Positions 30,750-41,315 of a stretch of 64,000 bases of DNA are shown piece after piece. The stretch is from Lysobacterales bacterium (GTDB taxonomy: Bacteria > Pseudomonadota > Gammaproteobacteria > Xanthomonadales > SZUA-5). The stretch lies in NCBI GenBank assembly GCA_022844165.1, contig JALHMH010000005.1, forward strand, positions 1 through 64,000. Direction: 5' to 3'. The position numbers and the translations under genes were made by a program. The notes under the pieces were generated by a model, which was given only the letters and a program-made list of their open reading frames with translations, did not search any database and was not told the DNA's origin. Numbering within the stretch: position 1 is the first letter of the stretch; every line of letters begins with the position of its first letter.

Positions 30750-32153
30750 CTACTGAGTTGTTGTGCGTGGGCGGCGCTTCAACTCGCCCAAAGCTTCGGC
30801 CTGTTCGATCTCGACGCGCAGTGCGCGAATCAACTCGCCACGGGGAACCGTGAACTGCTCTTCGCGAGTCAAGTCTTTGATCACGACCGTGCCATCCTTG
30901 TTCTCGGTTTCGCCGAGGATTACGGCAAATCGGATGCCGGCCTTCGACGCGTATTTGAGCTGTTTGCCGAGCTTACCCGATTCCATCACCATCTCAGTAT
31001 TGATGCCTGCGCCACGCAGTTGGCCGGCAATCTCCAAATAAGTGTCCATCAACGCGCTGTCCATTTGCGTCACCAGCACTTGCACGCTGCTCTCCGCCGT
31101 GCCGATCAGGCCGGCCTCGCGCAACTGGTAATAGAGGCGCGTGGCACCGATGGAAATGCCCACGCCCGGCAAACGCGACTTGGTGTAGTGGCTTGCGAGA
31201 TTTTCGTAACGACCGCCCGAGCACACGCTGCCGATATCGGGGTGCTCGTTGAGCGTCGTTTCGTACACTGTGCCGGTGTAGTAATCGAGTCCACGCGCTA
31301 TCGAAAAGTTCAGTGCGTAATTGGCCTCAGGCACACCAAGCGCCTTCACCAGATTCAGCACTTCGATCAGCTCGGCCCGCCCTTGTTCGATCAACGCATT
31401 GCCCTCGCCCAGTTCGGCCAGCATCTTCAACGCCTGGCTGTGCGATGTGGAGCGCAATCCGACAAATCCGAGAATTTCGTTGATGCACTTAGTTGGCAAG
31501 GCAAACTGCTGCGCCAGCGTATCACGCACATAAGCCTCCCCACGCTTGTCGAGTTTGTCGACTTCGCGCAACACCAGCATTTGCTGCTCCGGATCGACCA
31601 CACCCGCGCGCTCGAAAAACCCGCGCATCAGCTTGCGATGGTTGAGCGCGATGGTGAACGGGCCCACGGCCAGTTCGCGAAACACGCTGGCGATGACCGC
31701 TACAACTTCTGCGTCGTAGCGCACCGACAACTCATCTTTGCCGATGACATCGATATCGCACTGGTAGAACTCACGGAACCGCCCCCGCTGCGCGCTCTCG
31801 CCGCGATACACGCGCTGCATCTGATAGCGACGGAACGGGAAATGCAACGCGTGCTCATGTTCGGCAACATAACGCGCCAGCGGTACCGTGAGATCGAAGC
31901 GTAATGCCAGATCGGGTGCGTCACCCTGCTTCAGGCTGCCTGTCGACTGCACGAAATACACTTGCCGCTCGGTCTCGCCGCCGCTTTTGGTGAGCAGCAC
32001 ATCGGCGACTTCGAACACCGGCGTCTCGATCGGTAAAAAACCGAAGCGCTCATAGTTGCGACGGATCGTATCCAACATATCCTGGAACGCGATTTGATCG
32101 AGCGGCAACAACTCCATCGTACCGGCGGGTGTACGCGGCTTGACGATACTCAT
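30750..32153 (-). CDS. hisS: Histidine--tRNA ligase
   Basis: [39 protein letters not shown]-terminal anticodon domain. Confidence 0.97.
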   Translation of the reverse strand: MSIVKPRTPAGTMELLPLDQIAFQDMLDTIRRNYERFGFLPIETPVFEVADVLLTKSGGETERQVYFVQSTGSLKQGDAPDLALRFDLTVPLARYVAEHEHALHFPFRRYQMQRVYRGESAQRGRFREFYQCDIDVIGKDELSVRYDAEVVAVIASVFRELAVGPFTIALNHRKLMRGFFERAGVVDPEQQMLVLREVDKLDKRGEAYVRDTLAQQFALPTKCINEILGFVGLRSTSHSQALKMLAELGEGNALIEQGRAELIEVLNLVKALGVPEANYALNFSIARGLDYYTGTVYETTLNEHPDIGSVCSGGRYENLASHYTKSRLPGVGISIGATRLYYQLREAGLIGTAESSVQVLVTQMDSALMDTYLEIAGQLRGAGINTEMVMESGKLGKQLKYASKAGIRFAVILGETENKDGTVVIKDLTREEQFTVPRGELIRALRVEIEQAEALGELKRRPRTTTQ

Positions 32154-32239
32154 GGTGGGAATGTCCTGGCGTTCGATGAGGGCGAAGGCTAGCGGATTCC
32201 GAAGGGTCAGTTGTTCGTTGACCGATGTTGAAACGCCGA

Positions 32240-32590
32240 TCATTCGTATCGCGTTACCGCCAATACGATGCCAAATTCAGACAACAGGCCCAAGGTCGCG
32301 GAAGGAATGCGTAACGTCTGGACAGGAAACGTGTCGCTGCTCTGGATGCCAAAGTCCAACTCGCAATCGGCGCCATGCAACCGCAGTTTCTCTATTGCAA
32401 CTTGATAGTGCGCGATGAAGCGATGCGCTTCTGCCACCTGTGCGACAAATGTCGGCGCATCTGAAAGGGTTAGATTGAACCTGCCCCGCGGGCGTCTCAC
32501 GATCTGACGATCTGGCTTGTCGAGCGAATTCTCGAACGCCTCGACTGCCGCAGAGTGAGCACGACCAATACGGAGAACCGTACCCGTCAT
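32240..32590 (-). CDS. Hypothetical protein (possibly DUF4279-like)
   Basis: ATGA coupling to the merR-like gene; fills the gap to hisS; C-terminal [16 protein letters not shown]. Confidence 0.55.
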   Translation of the reverse strand: MTGTVLRIGRAHSAAVEAFENSLDKPDRQIVRRPRGRFNLTLSDAPTFVAQVAEAHRFIAHYQVAIEKLRLHGADCELDFGIQSSDTFPVQTLRIPSATLGLLSEFGIVLAVTRYE

Positions 32591-32949
32591 GCCGGACGAA
32601 GAATCTCCAACACCGCTTCAAGATCCAGGCGCATTTGCCGCACGATGCCGGCGGGCACTTTGGCCGGTTCGGGTTTGCTCGACTCAAGGTCCATACGCTG
32701 ACGAGCGCCGCCGATGGTGAAGCCTTGTTCGTACAAAAGGCTGCGAATCTGGCGAATCATCAATACGTCATGGCGCTGGTAGTAACGACGATTACCGCGG
32801 CGTTTGACTGGCTTCAGGCTTGGAAATTCCTGTTCCCAATAGCGCAGCACATGCGGCTTGACGCCGCAAAGCTCGCTCACCTCACCGATCGTGAAGTAGC
32901 GCTTGGCCGGAATTGGCGGTAGCTCGCTATTGCTGCCCGGATCCAGCAT
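32587..32949 (-). CDS. MerR-family transcriptional regulator (ihfA-associated)
   Basis: [27 protein letters not shown]; conserved position after ihfA. Confidence 0.95.
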   Translation of the reverse strand: MLDPGSNSELPPIPAKRYFTIGEVSELCGVKPHVLRYWEQEFPSLKPVKRRGNRRYYQRHDVLMIRQIRSLLYEQGFTIGGARQRMDLESSKPEPAKVPAGIVRQMRLDLEAVLEILRPA

Positions 32950-33229
32950 ACGCTTCCACTCTCGCCTTCAACTTCTGCCCTGACCTGAACGTCACGACCC
33001 GGCGCGCCGAGATCGGAATTTCCTCGCCGGTTTTGGGATTGCGACCCGGCCGCTGATTTTTCTGGCGCAGATCGAAATTGCCAAAGCCCGACAGCTTGAC
33101 GTTCTCCCCCTGTTGCAGCGCATCGCGAATCACGTCGAAAAAAATATCGACGAATTCCTTAGCTTCGCGCTTGTTCAAGCCAACATCTTCGAACAAGCGT
33201 TGCGCCATTTCGGCTTTGGTCAGCGCCAT
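32927..33229 (-). CDS. ihfA: Integration host factor alpha
   Basis: [39 protein letters not shown]. Confidence 0.98.
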   Translation of the reverse strand: MALTKAEMAQRLFEDVGLNKREAKEFVDIFFDVIRDALQQGENVKLSGFGNFDLRQKNQRPGRNPKTGEEIPISARRVVTFRSGQKLKARVEAYAGSGQQ

Positions 33230-33232
33230 CCC

Positions 33233-35587
33233 CTAACTCCGAACCGTAGCACCACATGTTGCTGCCGCAGCTTTAATGACAGTTGCCATCGCAGCTTCCA
33301 CTTCAGCCTCGCTAAGAGTGCGCGATTCGTCCTGGAAAATCAAGCCGATAGCGACACTCTTCGAGCCGACCTCGACCCCTGCGCCGCGGTACACGCTCAT
33401 GAGCTTCAGGTCAACCAGTTTGGCGCCCGCAGCAGTCCTTGCCGTCGCCGAGAGGGATTCGAATGAGACGTCATCACTGACTAACAGCGCCAAATCTCGC
33501 CGAACAGATGGAAATTTCGACCATTCGCGGCTTCGCGGCAACGCCCGCGCCACCACTGCACCGGTACTCAACTCAGCAACGACAATGGATCCAACACCAA
33601 GCTCGCTCGCAAGCCTGGGGTGCAAAACGCCGATGAACCCGATTTCGCGATCATCAACGTATACCCGCGCGCATTGACCGGGATGCAAGAATTCTGGCCC
33701 GCCCGCTTCGCATCGAACTGCCGCCAAGGCCTCAATGTCCGCCTTCAGGTCGTAGAAATCCACCGCGCGCGCGGTTTGCGACCATTGCTCCGGGGCTGCT
33801 GCGCCGGCGAGTACAAAAGCAATGCGCTCTTCCTCAACCGGTTGACCGCCAACATTGAGGTAAACCCGCCCCAGTTCAAACAGGCGTGCCCGCGACTGCT
33901 GGCGATCAAGATTGAACTTAAGTGCCGCCACCAAGGTCGGCAACAACGAGGTCCGCATGACCGCCAGATCCGCAGACAGCGGGTTTGCCAGCGTCAGCCT
34001 TGGCGCTTGAATGCCCCAGGTATCCAGCGTCGAAGCACTCAGGAACGCGAAGGTCAACGCTTCGTGATAACCACGCGAAACCAGACGCTCGCGCAAGCGC
34101 AACGCGGGCAGCCGTGACTCGTCCGCTGGCACAACTGACAATTCACCGCGCGGCGCGGCAACCGGGATCTCATCATAACCATGGATTCGCGCCACCTCTT
34201 CGATCAGGTCTTCTTCGATGGCGATGTCGAAACGCGCGCTGGGCGGCGTGATCTGCCAGCCACCATCGGTCTGTTCAATTTCCATCCCCAGGGCACCCAG
34301 GATGCGCTCGACGCAAGTATCGGGAATTGCGATGCCAAGCACTCTTTCAATTCGGGCACGGCGCAATGGTACCGACGGGCGTCGTGGAAAACCGTCAGCA
34401 TGCTCGGCCCGGCAGATCGGCCCGGCTGCGCCGCCGGCTATCGTCAGCAAAAGCGCCGTGGCACGTTCGATCGCAATCGCCGGCAGTGCCGGATCGACGC
34501 CGCGCTCGAAACGGTGCGAAGCATCGGTATGAAGTCCCAAACGGCGTGCTCGACCGCTGATCGCGGCAGGCACAAAATGCGCGCTTTCCAAGAACACACG
34601 TGTGGTCCTGTCTGTAACCCGCGACGAATGCCCGCCCATGACGCCGGCCAAGGCGAGCGCTTTCTCATCGTCGGCGATCAATAAGAACTCACCATCCAGC
34701 GATACGTCACGCTCGTCGAGCAGCTTGAGCGTTTCCCCCGGCCTGGCGCGCCGGACTCGCACACCGCCGCGCACGGCATCGGCATCGAAAGCATGCAACG
34801 GCTGGCCCAGTTCCAGCATGACGTAGTTCGTGACATCGACCAGCGCCGAAATTGAACGCAATCCAGCACGCCGCAGACGCTCGCGCATCCACAACGGCGT
34901 TGAAGCTTTCGGATCGAGGCCTTCGATGACACGACCCAGATAAAGCGGACACCCAGCACCATGCTCACTTTCCACCGGCAATTGTGTTGGAAGTGTCGGT
35001 TGCACCGGCTCGATCACCGGCAATCGTGTTTCGCAAGCAAACTCAGTAGCGACTTCACGCGCCAAACCAGCCAACCCGAGACAATCGCTGCGATTCGGTG
35101 TCAGGCCAAGTTCGATCACCGCATCCGGCAATCCGAGCCAGGCGCCCAACGCGGCGCCCACCGGTGCATCGGCTGGCAACTCCATCAACCCACTGGCGTC
35201 GGCATCGAGCCCCAGCTCTTTGGCAGAACACAACATGCCATGTGAATCCACACCGCGCAGTTGCGCCGCGTTGATCGACAAGCCACCTGGCAACGTACAC
35301 CCAATCCTGGCCAGTGGCGCAAGCAATCCGACGCGCGCATTCGGCGCACCGCAGACAATTTGCAATAGCTCCGATTGGCCGACATCGACTCGACAAACGC
35401 GCAAGCGATTTGCATCCGGGTGCGGCTCGGCGCTGACGATACGCGCGACGACCACTCCGTCGAGCGTCGCGTCCATTGGCACGATCGATTCAACTTCAAG
35501 CCCGCACATGGTCAGCCGATGCGTGAGCTCATCACGCGATGCCTGCACGTCAACCAACTCGCGCAGCCAGTTCTCCGAAAATTTCAT
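33233..35587 (-). CDS. pheT: Phenylalanine--tRNA ligase beta subunit
   Basis: MKFSENWLRE, QIVCGAPN, LTPNRSDC, RFERGVD, DLIEEVARIHGY, FDX-ACB SKFPSVRRDLA. Confidence 0.98.
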   Translation of the reverse strand: MKFSENWLRELVDVQASRDELTHRLTMCGLEVESIVPMDATLDGVVVARIVSAEPHPDANRLRVCRVDVGQSELLQIVCGAPNARVGLLAPLARIGCTLPGGLSINAAQLRGVDSHGMLCSAKELGLDADASGLMELPADAPVGAALGAWLGLPDAVIELGLTPNRSDCLGLAGLAREVATEFACETRLPVIEPVQPTLPTQLPVESEHGAGCPLYLGRVIEGLDPKASTPLWMRERLRRAGLRSISALVDVTNYVMLELGQPLHAFDADAVRGGVRVRRARPGETLKLLDERDVSLDGEFLLIADDEKALALAGVMGGHSSRVTDRTTRVFLESAHFVPAAISGRARRLGLHTDASHRFERGVDPALPAIAIERATALLLTIAGGAAGPICRAEHADGFPRRPSVPLRRARIERVLGIAIPDTCVERILGALGMEIEQTDGGWQITPPSARFDIAIEEDLIEEVARIHGYDEIPVAAPRGELSVVPADESRLPALRLRERLVSRGYHEALTFAFLSASTLDTWGIQAPRLTLANPLSADLAVMRTSLLPTLVAALKFNLDRQQSRARLFELGRVYLNVGGQPVEEERIAFVLAGAAAPEQWSQTARAVDFYDLKADIEALAAVRCEAGGPEFLHPGQCARVYVDDREIGFIGVLHPRLASELGVGSIVVAELSTGAVVARALPRSREWSKFPSVRRDLALLVSDDVSFESLSATARTAAGAKLVDLKLMSVYRGAGVEVGSKSVAIGLIFQDESRTLSEAEVEAAMATVIKAAAATCGATVRS

Positions 35588-35658
35588 GGATCAGTGGAGC
35601 CAAAAAACGGGGGGCGAGACTCTAGCAGGTTGCCGGGATCGTCGTTGCGCTCCGCCAA

Positions 35659-35745
35659 CTACTCAAAGCCACTGGCGAACAACCTGTCGGACAAGGTGCA
35701 ACCGCTGATGGTGACGCAGACGGCGGCACTCAGCGTAGCCCATCC
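35659..35745 (-). pseudogene. Probable 3' remnant of a secreted-protein gene ending ...SDRLFASGFE*
   Basis: Frame reads ATLSAAVCVTISGCTLSDRLFASGFE-stop; the upstream frame runs through terminator hairpins and looks non-coding. Confidence 0.5.
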
Positions 35746-35777
35746 AACGAAAGCAATCGGTGCGCCCTGCCGGGCGC

Positions 35778-35811
35778 AAAAAAAAGCCGCGACGGGGTTT
35801 CCGCCGCGGCT
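35778..35811 (-). terminator. Intrinsic terminator
   Basis: AGCCGCGGCGG-AAACC-CCGTCGCGGCT followed by T7 on the minus strand. Confidence 0.8.
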
Positions 35812-35885
35812 GCGAAGGTCATCCGCTGGGGAGTGCATCAAAAAGCGGAGGCATCGAAAGGAGCCATCATTCTCCCCTCGACACA
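35778..35885 (-). ncRNA. Candidate three-hairpin sRNA or leader RNA
   Basis: Stems at 35854-35881, 35822-35849 (loop with CTCCCC) and the terminator; no credible long gene upstream on this strand. Confidence 0.4.
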
Positions 35886-36096
35886 GCGCATAGGATGCCA
35901 TGATCGAGTTGCGAAATCGCGAAGGTTCTCTGACTTGTTTCGGGCGTGGCGAGGGACATGAACGTACAAACAACTTCACATATCATTCATAACATATTGA
36001 TATTTATACCTTCGTTGGATTTCTTCACTGACATCAAACGGACGTAAAGATGATGTCAAAATCTCCGCCATCGTCAGGCCACGGCGTAAAATCTCA

Positions 36097-37635
36097 ATGG
36101 TTAACAAATTAAGTCGTCGTGTTGCATTGCAGCACATCGGATCCCTGGTCGCCAGCGTTGGGCTGATGACCCACCGACCGGTACGAGCTCAAACCAGAAC
36201 ACGATTTGTCCTCGATCCATTTTCTCTTGGCGTAGCCAGTGGCTATCCAACCACCACCGGCATCTCGCTCTGGACTCGTTTGGCACCCGCACCACTGCGT
36301 AGCGACGGCGGCATGGATCCCGAACGCGTTCCGTTCGTCTGCGAAATTGCGGACGACGAGAACTTCAGATCCATCGTGCGGGCGATCCAATCGGAAGCGT
36401 ACGCCGATGTCGCGCACAGCGTGCATCTCGACGTGGAGGGCCTGAAGCCGGGAAGAGCCTACTTCTATCGATTCCAGAGCGGCGACGCGACCAGCCGGGT
36501 CGGCCGCTTTGCAACGTTGCCCAACGCTGTTGACGATTACCGTATCGCATTCGCCAGTTGTCAGAACTTTGAACATGGCTACTTCTCTGCGTATCGACTG
36601 ATGCTGCGCGATGCACCGAATCTGGTTTTGTTCCTGGGCGATTACATCTACGAGAACCAGTGGGGCAACGACTCGATCCGCAAACATCTGGGACCAGAGA
36701 CGAACACCTTGGCGCAATACCGCACACGGCATGCGCAGTACAAACTCGACCCGGATTTGCAGGCGATGCATGCCAGCACACCGTTCGCTTTCGCATGGGA
36801 CGACCATGAGGTCGATAACGACTATGCGGGCGATGTCTCGGAGAATCTGGACCCGCAGTTCTTCAAGCGACGCATCGCCGCTTATCAAGCGTACTTCGAA
36901 CACATGCCATTGCCGCGGCGCATGTTCCCGACGCGCGACGAGATGCGCATCTATACGCACTTCGATATCGGCAAACTCCTCCGTGTTTACCTGCTCGACG
37001 ATCGGCAGTACCGCACATCCCAGCCCTGTCCGCGCGACAACCGTGTTGGCTCGCGCACACTGGATGAGTGCAGGCCCGACGGACCGCACACGCTGCTCGG
37101 CAGAGCACAGGAAGCATGGCTCGACGCGCGGTTCGCAGACAGCCCGGCCCGCTGGAATTTGATCGCGCAACAAACATTGTTGTCGCCTCTGGACGAATCG
37201 CCCGGCGCAGGTCGCGGGCTTTGGACCGATGGTTGGGATGGTTATCCAGCGGCGCGCAAGCGCCTTTTGGAAGCGATCCAAAACAACCGTTTGCGCAATC
37301 CGATCGTCGCCGGCGGCGACTTACACGCGCACATCGTGGCAAGCGTGCCCGGAGATCCTGAGCGCTTCGAATCCAAACCGATCGCGAGCGAGTTCGTCGC
37401 CACATCGCTTTCCGCTGACGGCAGGCCACAGTCGTATTACGACGAGCGTCGAATTGACAATCCTCATGTGCAATTGTTGCGCAGCGATGTACGGGGTTAT
37501 ACCCTGCTCGACATCGGCAGCGATCGGGTGTTGGCCAAACTACAGTCGGTATCGGACGTGCGTGAGCGCGAACCCACTTTCTCGACACTCGCGAGCTTTA
37601 CGGTAGAGGACGGGACACCGGGGCCACAGTCGTAG
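36097..37635 (+). CDS. phoD: Alkaline phosphatase D, Tat-exported
   Basis: LSRRVAL twin-Arg, FSLGVASG, FLGDYIYE, WDDHEVDNDY, DGWDGYP, GGDLH. Confidence 0.93.
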   Translation: MVNKLSRRVALQHIGSLVASVGLMTHRPVRAQTRTRFVLDPFSLGVASGYPTTTGISLWTRLAPAPLRSDGGMDPERVPFVCEIADDENFRSIVRAIQSEAYADVAHSVHLDVEGLKPGRAYFYRFQSGDATSRVGRFATLPNAVDDYRIAFASCQNFEHGYFSAYRLMLRDAPNLVLFLGDYIYENQWGNDSIRKHLGPETNTLAQYRTRHAQYKLDPDLQAMHASTPFAFAWDDHEVDNDYAGDVSENLDPQFFKRRIAAYQAYFEHMPLPRRMFPTRDEMRIYTHFDIGKLLRVYLLDDRQYRTSQPCPRDNRVGSRTLDECRPDGPHTLLGRAQEAWLDARFADSPARWNLIAQQTLLSPLDESPGAGRGLWTDGWDGYPAARKRLLEAIQNNRLRNPIVAGGDLHAHIVASVPGDPERFESKPIASEFVATSLSADGRPQSYYDERRIDNPHVQLLRSDVRGYTLLDIGSDRVLAKLQSVSDVREREPTFSTLASFTVEDGTPGPQS

Positions 37636-37759
37636 CTGCACCATGAGCGATGGGCATTGACATACGCCACCGTCTTGTCGGTGCATTCAGGCAAGGCGCG
37701 ACGACGCGCGTATAGTCCGCGCCGATTCGGATGCATACGATTTCATAGCGAGGTTATTC

Positions 37760-38857
37760 ATGGTTTTCGATGTCGTCGGGCAAATGGGCCACGAGCAGGT
37801 TGTGTTTTGCCATCACAAAGATGTGGGTTTGAAAGCCATCATCGCAGTCCACAACACGACGCTCGGTCCAGCGCTTGGCGGCTTACGCATGTGGCCGTAC
37901 AAGAGCGAGCAGGAAGCGCTCAACGATGTGCTGCGGTTGTCGCGCGGCATGACCTTCAAAGCCGCGGTTGCGGGGCTCAATCTGGGCGGCGGCAAAGGTG
38001 TCATCATCGGCGATCCGTCGCGCGACAAGTCGGAGGGCTTGTTTCGCGCTTTCGGTCGCTTCGTCAACTCGCTCGGTGGTCGATACATCACCGCAGAAGA
38101 TGTCGGGATCGACGTGAACGATATGGAATACGTCATGCAGGAGACGGATTTTGTCACCGGCGTGCATCAGGTCCACGGCGGTTCCGGCGATCCGTCGCCG
38201 TTCACGGCCGCCGGCACCTTGCAAGGAATCATGGCCAGCTTGAACGTGCGCTACGGCAACGAAAATGTCGGTCAATATGCGTATGCAGTGCAAGGGGTTG
38301 GGCACGTCGGCTTTGAACTGTGCAAGCTGTTACGCGGCGAAAAAGCCAAGGTATTCGTGACGGACATCAATCGCACAGCGGTGCAACGTTGCGTCGATGA
38401 ACTCGGATGCGAAGCTGTTGCCCTGGACGATATCTACGATGTCGACGCAGATGTGTACGCGCCCTGTGCTTTGGGCGGTACCGTGAATGAAAAAACCATG
38501 CCGCGCTTTAAGTTCAAGATCGTTTGCGGCGCTGCGAACAACCAGCTCGCCACCGACGAATGTGGCGACGAATTAGAACGCCGCGGCATCTTGTACGCGC
38601 CCGACTACGCAGTGAACGCCGGCGGCCTGATGAATGTCTCCATTGAGCTGGACGGGTACGATCGCGAGCGCGCCATGCGCATGTTGCGCACGATCTACTA
38701 CAACGTCGGCAAGATCTTCAAAATCGCCAAACGCGATGGCATTGCCACATGGAAAGCATCTGATCGCATGGCCGAAGAGCGAATCAACACCATCGGTCGC
38801 GTGCGCATGCCCTTTACTGGCACGAGCCGGCCGATGTTCAAAGGCCGGTCGCGCTAA
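37760..38857 (+). CDS. Leu/Val/Phe dehydrogenase
   Basis: HNTTLGPALGGLRM, GGGKGVI, YITAEDVG, QGVGHVG, GAANNQL, NAGG. Confidence 0.93.
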   Translation: MVFDVVGQMGHEQVVFCHHKDVGLKAIIAVHNTTLGPALGGLRMWPYKSEQEALNDVLRLSRGMTFKAAVAGLNLGGGKGVIIGDPSRDKSEGLFRAFGRFVNSLGGRYITAEDVGIDVNDMEYVMQETDFVTGVHQVHGGSGDPSPFTAAGTLQGIMASLNVRYGNENVGQYAYAVQGVGHVGFELCKLLRGEKAKVFVTDINRTAVQRCVDELGCEAVALDDIYDVDADVYAPCALGGTVNEKTMPRFKFKIVCGAANNQLATDECGDELERRGILYAPDYAVNAGGLMNVSIELDGYDRERAMRMLRTIYYNVGKIFKIAKRDGIATWKASDRMAEERINTIGRVRMPFTGTSRPMFKGRSR

Positions 38858-38957
38858 CTGGCAACTGGCGATATTGCTATTCGCCAGCTTTTCTGAGGCG
38901 GATCGACGCCGCGCGCGCTCATGGTTCAACGCAACGACCGCATCGCGTGAAGCGCGC

Positions 38958-39962
38958 TCAATCTCTGCGCGCCTGCGACTCCAGATGTAGCACACGCTCC
39001 GACACAAAACTCTCTGGCGGTGAGCTGGGGAGGTTGGCAAGACGAAACACCGCATTCATGACATCGCGCTCGGTGGCGCCTTCTTTCATCCAGTGCCGCA
39101 GTGCTTCATCCCGGATTGCGATGTCATCGACCGTCGTTGAATACGCCTGATCCTGCCACTCAATGGTGCGAACACGTTCGGCCCAAACCCTGCGTTCCGC
39201 CGCTGTCACGGCGCGGCGATAGCCCAGCGATGCCGCGAAGTTGACGACGATCTGGTCGGTCCCCTCGCTCGCCATGCGATCGAGCAAGAGTCCGCACGAA
39301 GCCGGTGGCCACGGCGCATCTTTGCCACACCACCTGGCTACCGGTTGGAGCGGCAAGCTAACGGCGGCATCGAAAGCGAAGCCGATCACCATGCCCAAAT
39401 CGCGCCAATCCGATCCGTGTCCGTCCGCTTGCAACTGTTGCTGCAACTCCGCTGACGGTTCCGGCAGGTTGGCCTCGCGCCAGAGCTGTCCGATCGCCCG
39501 GACCATGAGCCCGAAATCCGACCCTGCACGCCTGGCCACGGCCGCTCGACCGATCAGACGCTCCGCATCCGCAAGATTAGCTTCACTGACTTCGGGCAGC
39601 TGTTCAAGCCAGGCTATCAGGCTGTCCGGATCGACTTGCGCCAACTCGTAGGCAAGTGTGCGGCGCTCGTTGTGATCGCGAGCATCGACCATGCGCAAAC
39701 GCAGTATCAGCGGGTCTCGCGCAACCTGCGCTGCGAGCTGCTCCTCCAGCGACACGGCGCGAGCACTCGGCGCTGCCGGGCGCTCGCTATCCGGCAAGCT
39801 GAGCAGCAGTTTGGCGCCGAGGAATTTTTTGATCGGATCGGCAGATGTCATGGCGTGCTCCGCGACCGCCTGTTGCATCGCCGACATTTCGAGATCGACT
39901 CGCGACGCCTCGCGCGCGCACAGCGGCGTGGTGACTAACAAGAGAATGGCGACAATCCGCAT
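38958..39962 (-). CDS. Hypothetical exported helical protein
   Basis: Signal peptide MRIVAILLL; one Cys pair; no recognisable motif. Confidence 0.7.
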   Translation of the reverse strand: MRIVAILLLVTTPLCAREASRVDLEMSAMQQAVAEHAMTSADPIKKFLGAKLLLSLPDSERPAAPSARAVSLEEQLAAQVARDPLILRLRMVDARDHNERRTLAYELAQVDPDSLIAWLEQLPEVSEANLADAERLIGRAAVARRAGSDFGLMVRAIGQLWREANLPEPSAELQQQLQADGHGSDWRDLGMVIGFAFDAAVSLPLQPVARWCGKDAPWPPASCGLLLDRMASEGTDQIVVNFAASLGYRRAVTAAERRVWAERVRTIEWQDQAYSTTVDDIAIRDEALRHWMKEGATERDVMNAVFRLANLPSSPPESFVSERVLHLESQARRD

Positions 39963-40114
39963 CGTTCGCTCCTGAAGTGTTGTCCTGCGACTATATCGGT
40001 ATGAAGCGCACGCGCTATCTGCCGAAAGCCCTAAGCAGCCTGACCCCATACCTATGGGACGGCAAACCCCGATCTGCGTCCTAAGATAAGGCTACCTGAT
40101 CATCGGAGTTCGCT

Positions 40115-41296
40115 ATGCGCGCACGTGCACTGCTTCACGGTCTCCTGGCCCTGGCAGGATCGACCATCGCCAACAGCGTTGCAGCGGCTGCGCCTGCGCT
40201 CACTTTGCTCACGCCCGGCGGCGTCGCCGAAGGCGACACTGGCGCGCGAGCATTGCCATTCGGCATGCGCTGGACGCCGCTCCCCGGTGTCACAGGTGCG
40301 TACCAGGTGCAATGGCAAACCACCGATGGCAGCGCCACGGCGGGGAACGACTATGTCGCTGCAAGCGGCACAGCGACGCTTTCGCCTCAACAGACTTTCG
40401 TACCACTTTCAGTCATGGTTTTGGGTGATGAAGTCATCGAGCCGAATGAGGATATTCGCATCGTCTACCAGGTCGTTGGTGCGGCGATCAGCGGCAACGG
40501 TGCGTTGTGGATCAGCGACGATGACGGCGCATCGCCACCGCCTCCACCGCCAACTGTACTGATTCAGGCGCTTGATGCCAGCGTCACCGAACCGACCACA
40601 GGCGTACTCGATGTCGGCGTGATGTTGTTGCGACTGGGTCCAAACAACGGCTCGGTCGACGTCGACTTCAACGTCGATGCCTCCAGCAGCGCCGCACATG
40701 GCCAGGATTGGACGGGCCCAACGGCCGGCCGGATTCAGTTTGCGCCAGGGCAAACCATGCGCCGTATCGACTTGGCGGTATTGGCCGACGCGGAACAGGA
40801 AGGCATCGAGAGCATTCGGTTTTCTCTAGCGACGGCAGCCCCGGCGCTACTGCCACGAGAGCACGCCACCGTCACGATACGCGACCGCATCAGTGGCGTT
40901 GGTGCTGGCGTGGGAATCGTTGCGTGTCGCCGAGCCTTGTTGGAGAACGACGGTCCGGCGCGAGTGGTGGTCCGCCGCCACGGCGATAGTGGCGGTGCGC
41001 TCGAGCTCGACTATCGAACGGTCGACGGCAGCGCGCGCGCCGGAGCAGACTACACGGCAATCTCGGGAACCCTCAGCTGGGTGGCTGGCGATGCGACACC
41101 GCGCCTGATCGACATTACCCTGGCGACAGACAGTCAAATCGAACCACCCGAGTCGTTCACGGTGCAGATCTTGGATCCGCAGCCGGGCGTTAACCTCGCT
41201 CCAGCCGGCACCGGCATCATCATTCTTGATGCACACGATCAGATATTGATCGACGACTTCGCGCCCGGATGCGACGACCCTGCGAGCGGCGAATGA
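40115..41296 (+). CDS. Secreted Calx-beta repeat protein
   Basis: Three modules (EGD..TTDGSATAGNDY..SGT; AAHGQDW..FAPGQT; TVDGSARAGADY..SGTLSW); tail HDQILIDDF. Confidence 0.88.
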   Translation: MRARALLHGLLALAGSTIANSVAAAAPALTLLTPGGVAEGDTGARALPFGMRWTPLPGVTGAYQVQWQTTDGSATAGNDYVAASGTATLSPQQTFVPLSVMVLGDEVIEPNEDIRIVYQVVGAAISGNGALWISDDDGASPPPPPPTVLIQALDASVTEPTTGVLDVGVMLLRLGPNNGSVDVDFNVDASSSAAHGQDWTGPTAGRIQFAPGQTMRRIDLAVLADAEQEGIESIRFSLATAAPALLPREHATVTIRDRISGVGAGVGIVACRRALLENDGPARVVVRRHGDSGGALELDYRTVDGSARAGADYTAISGTLSWVAGDATPRLIDITLATDSQIEPPESFTVQILDPQPGVNLAPAGTGIIILDAHDQILIDDFAPGCDDPASGE

Positions 41297-41315
41297 TCCG
41301 GCCCATGCGGGCGGA

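Noticed and set aside
35659-35979. Full 106-aa ORF as a real gene
   Set aside because: Frame runs through a strong terminator and other hairpins; only the last ~27 codons look protein-like
35973-35990. Pho box before the second phoD (ACTTCAC-ATAT-CATTCAT)
   Set aside because: Poor match to consensus within AT-rich DNA; could be chance
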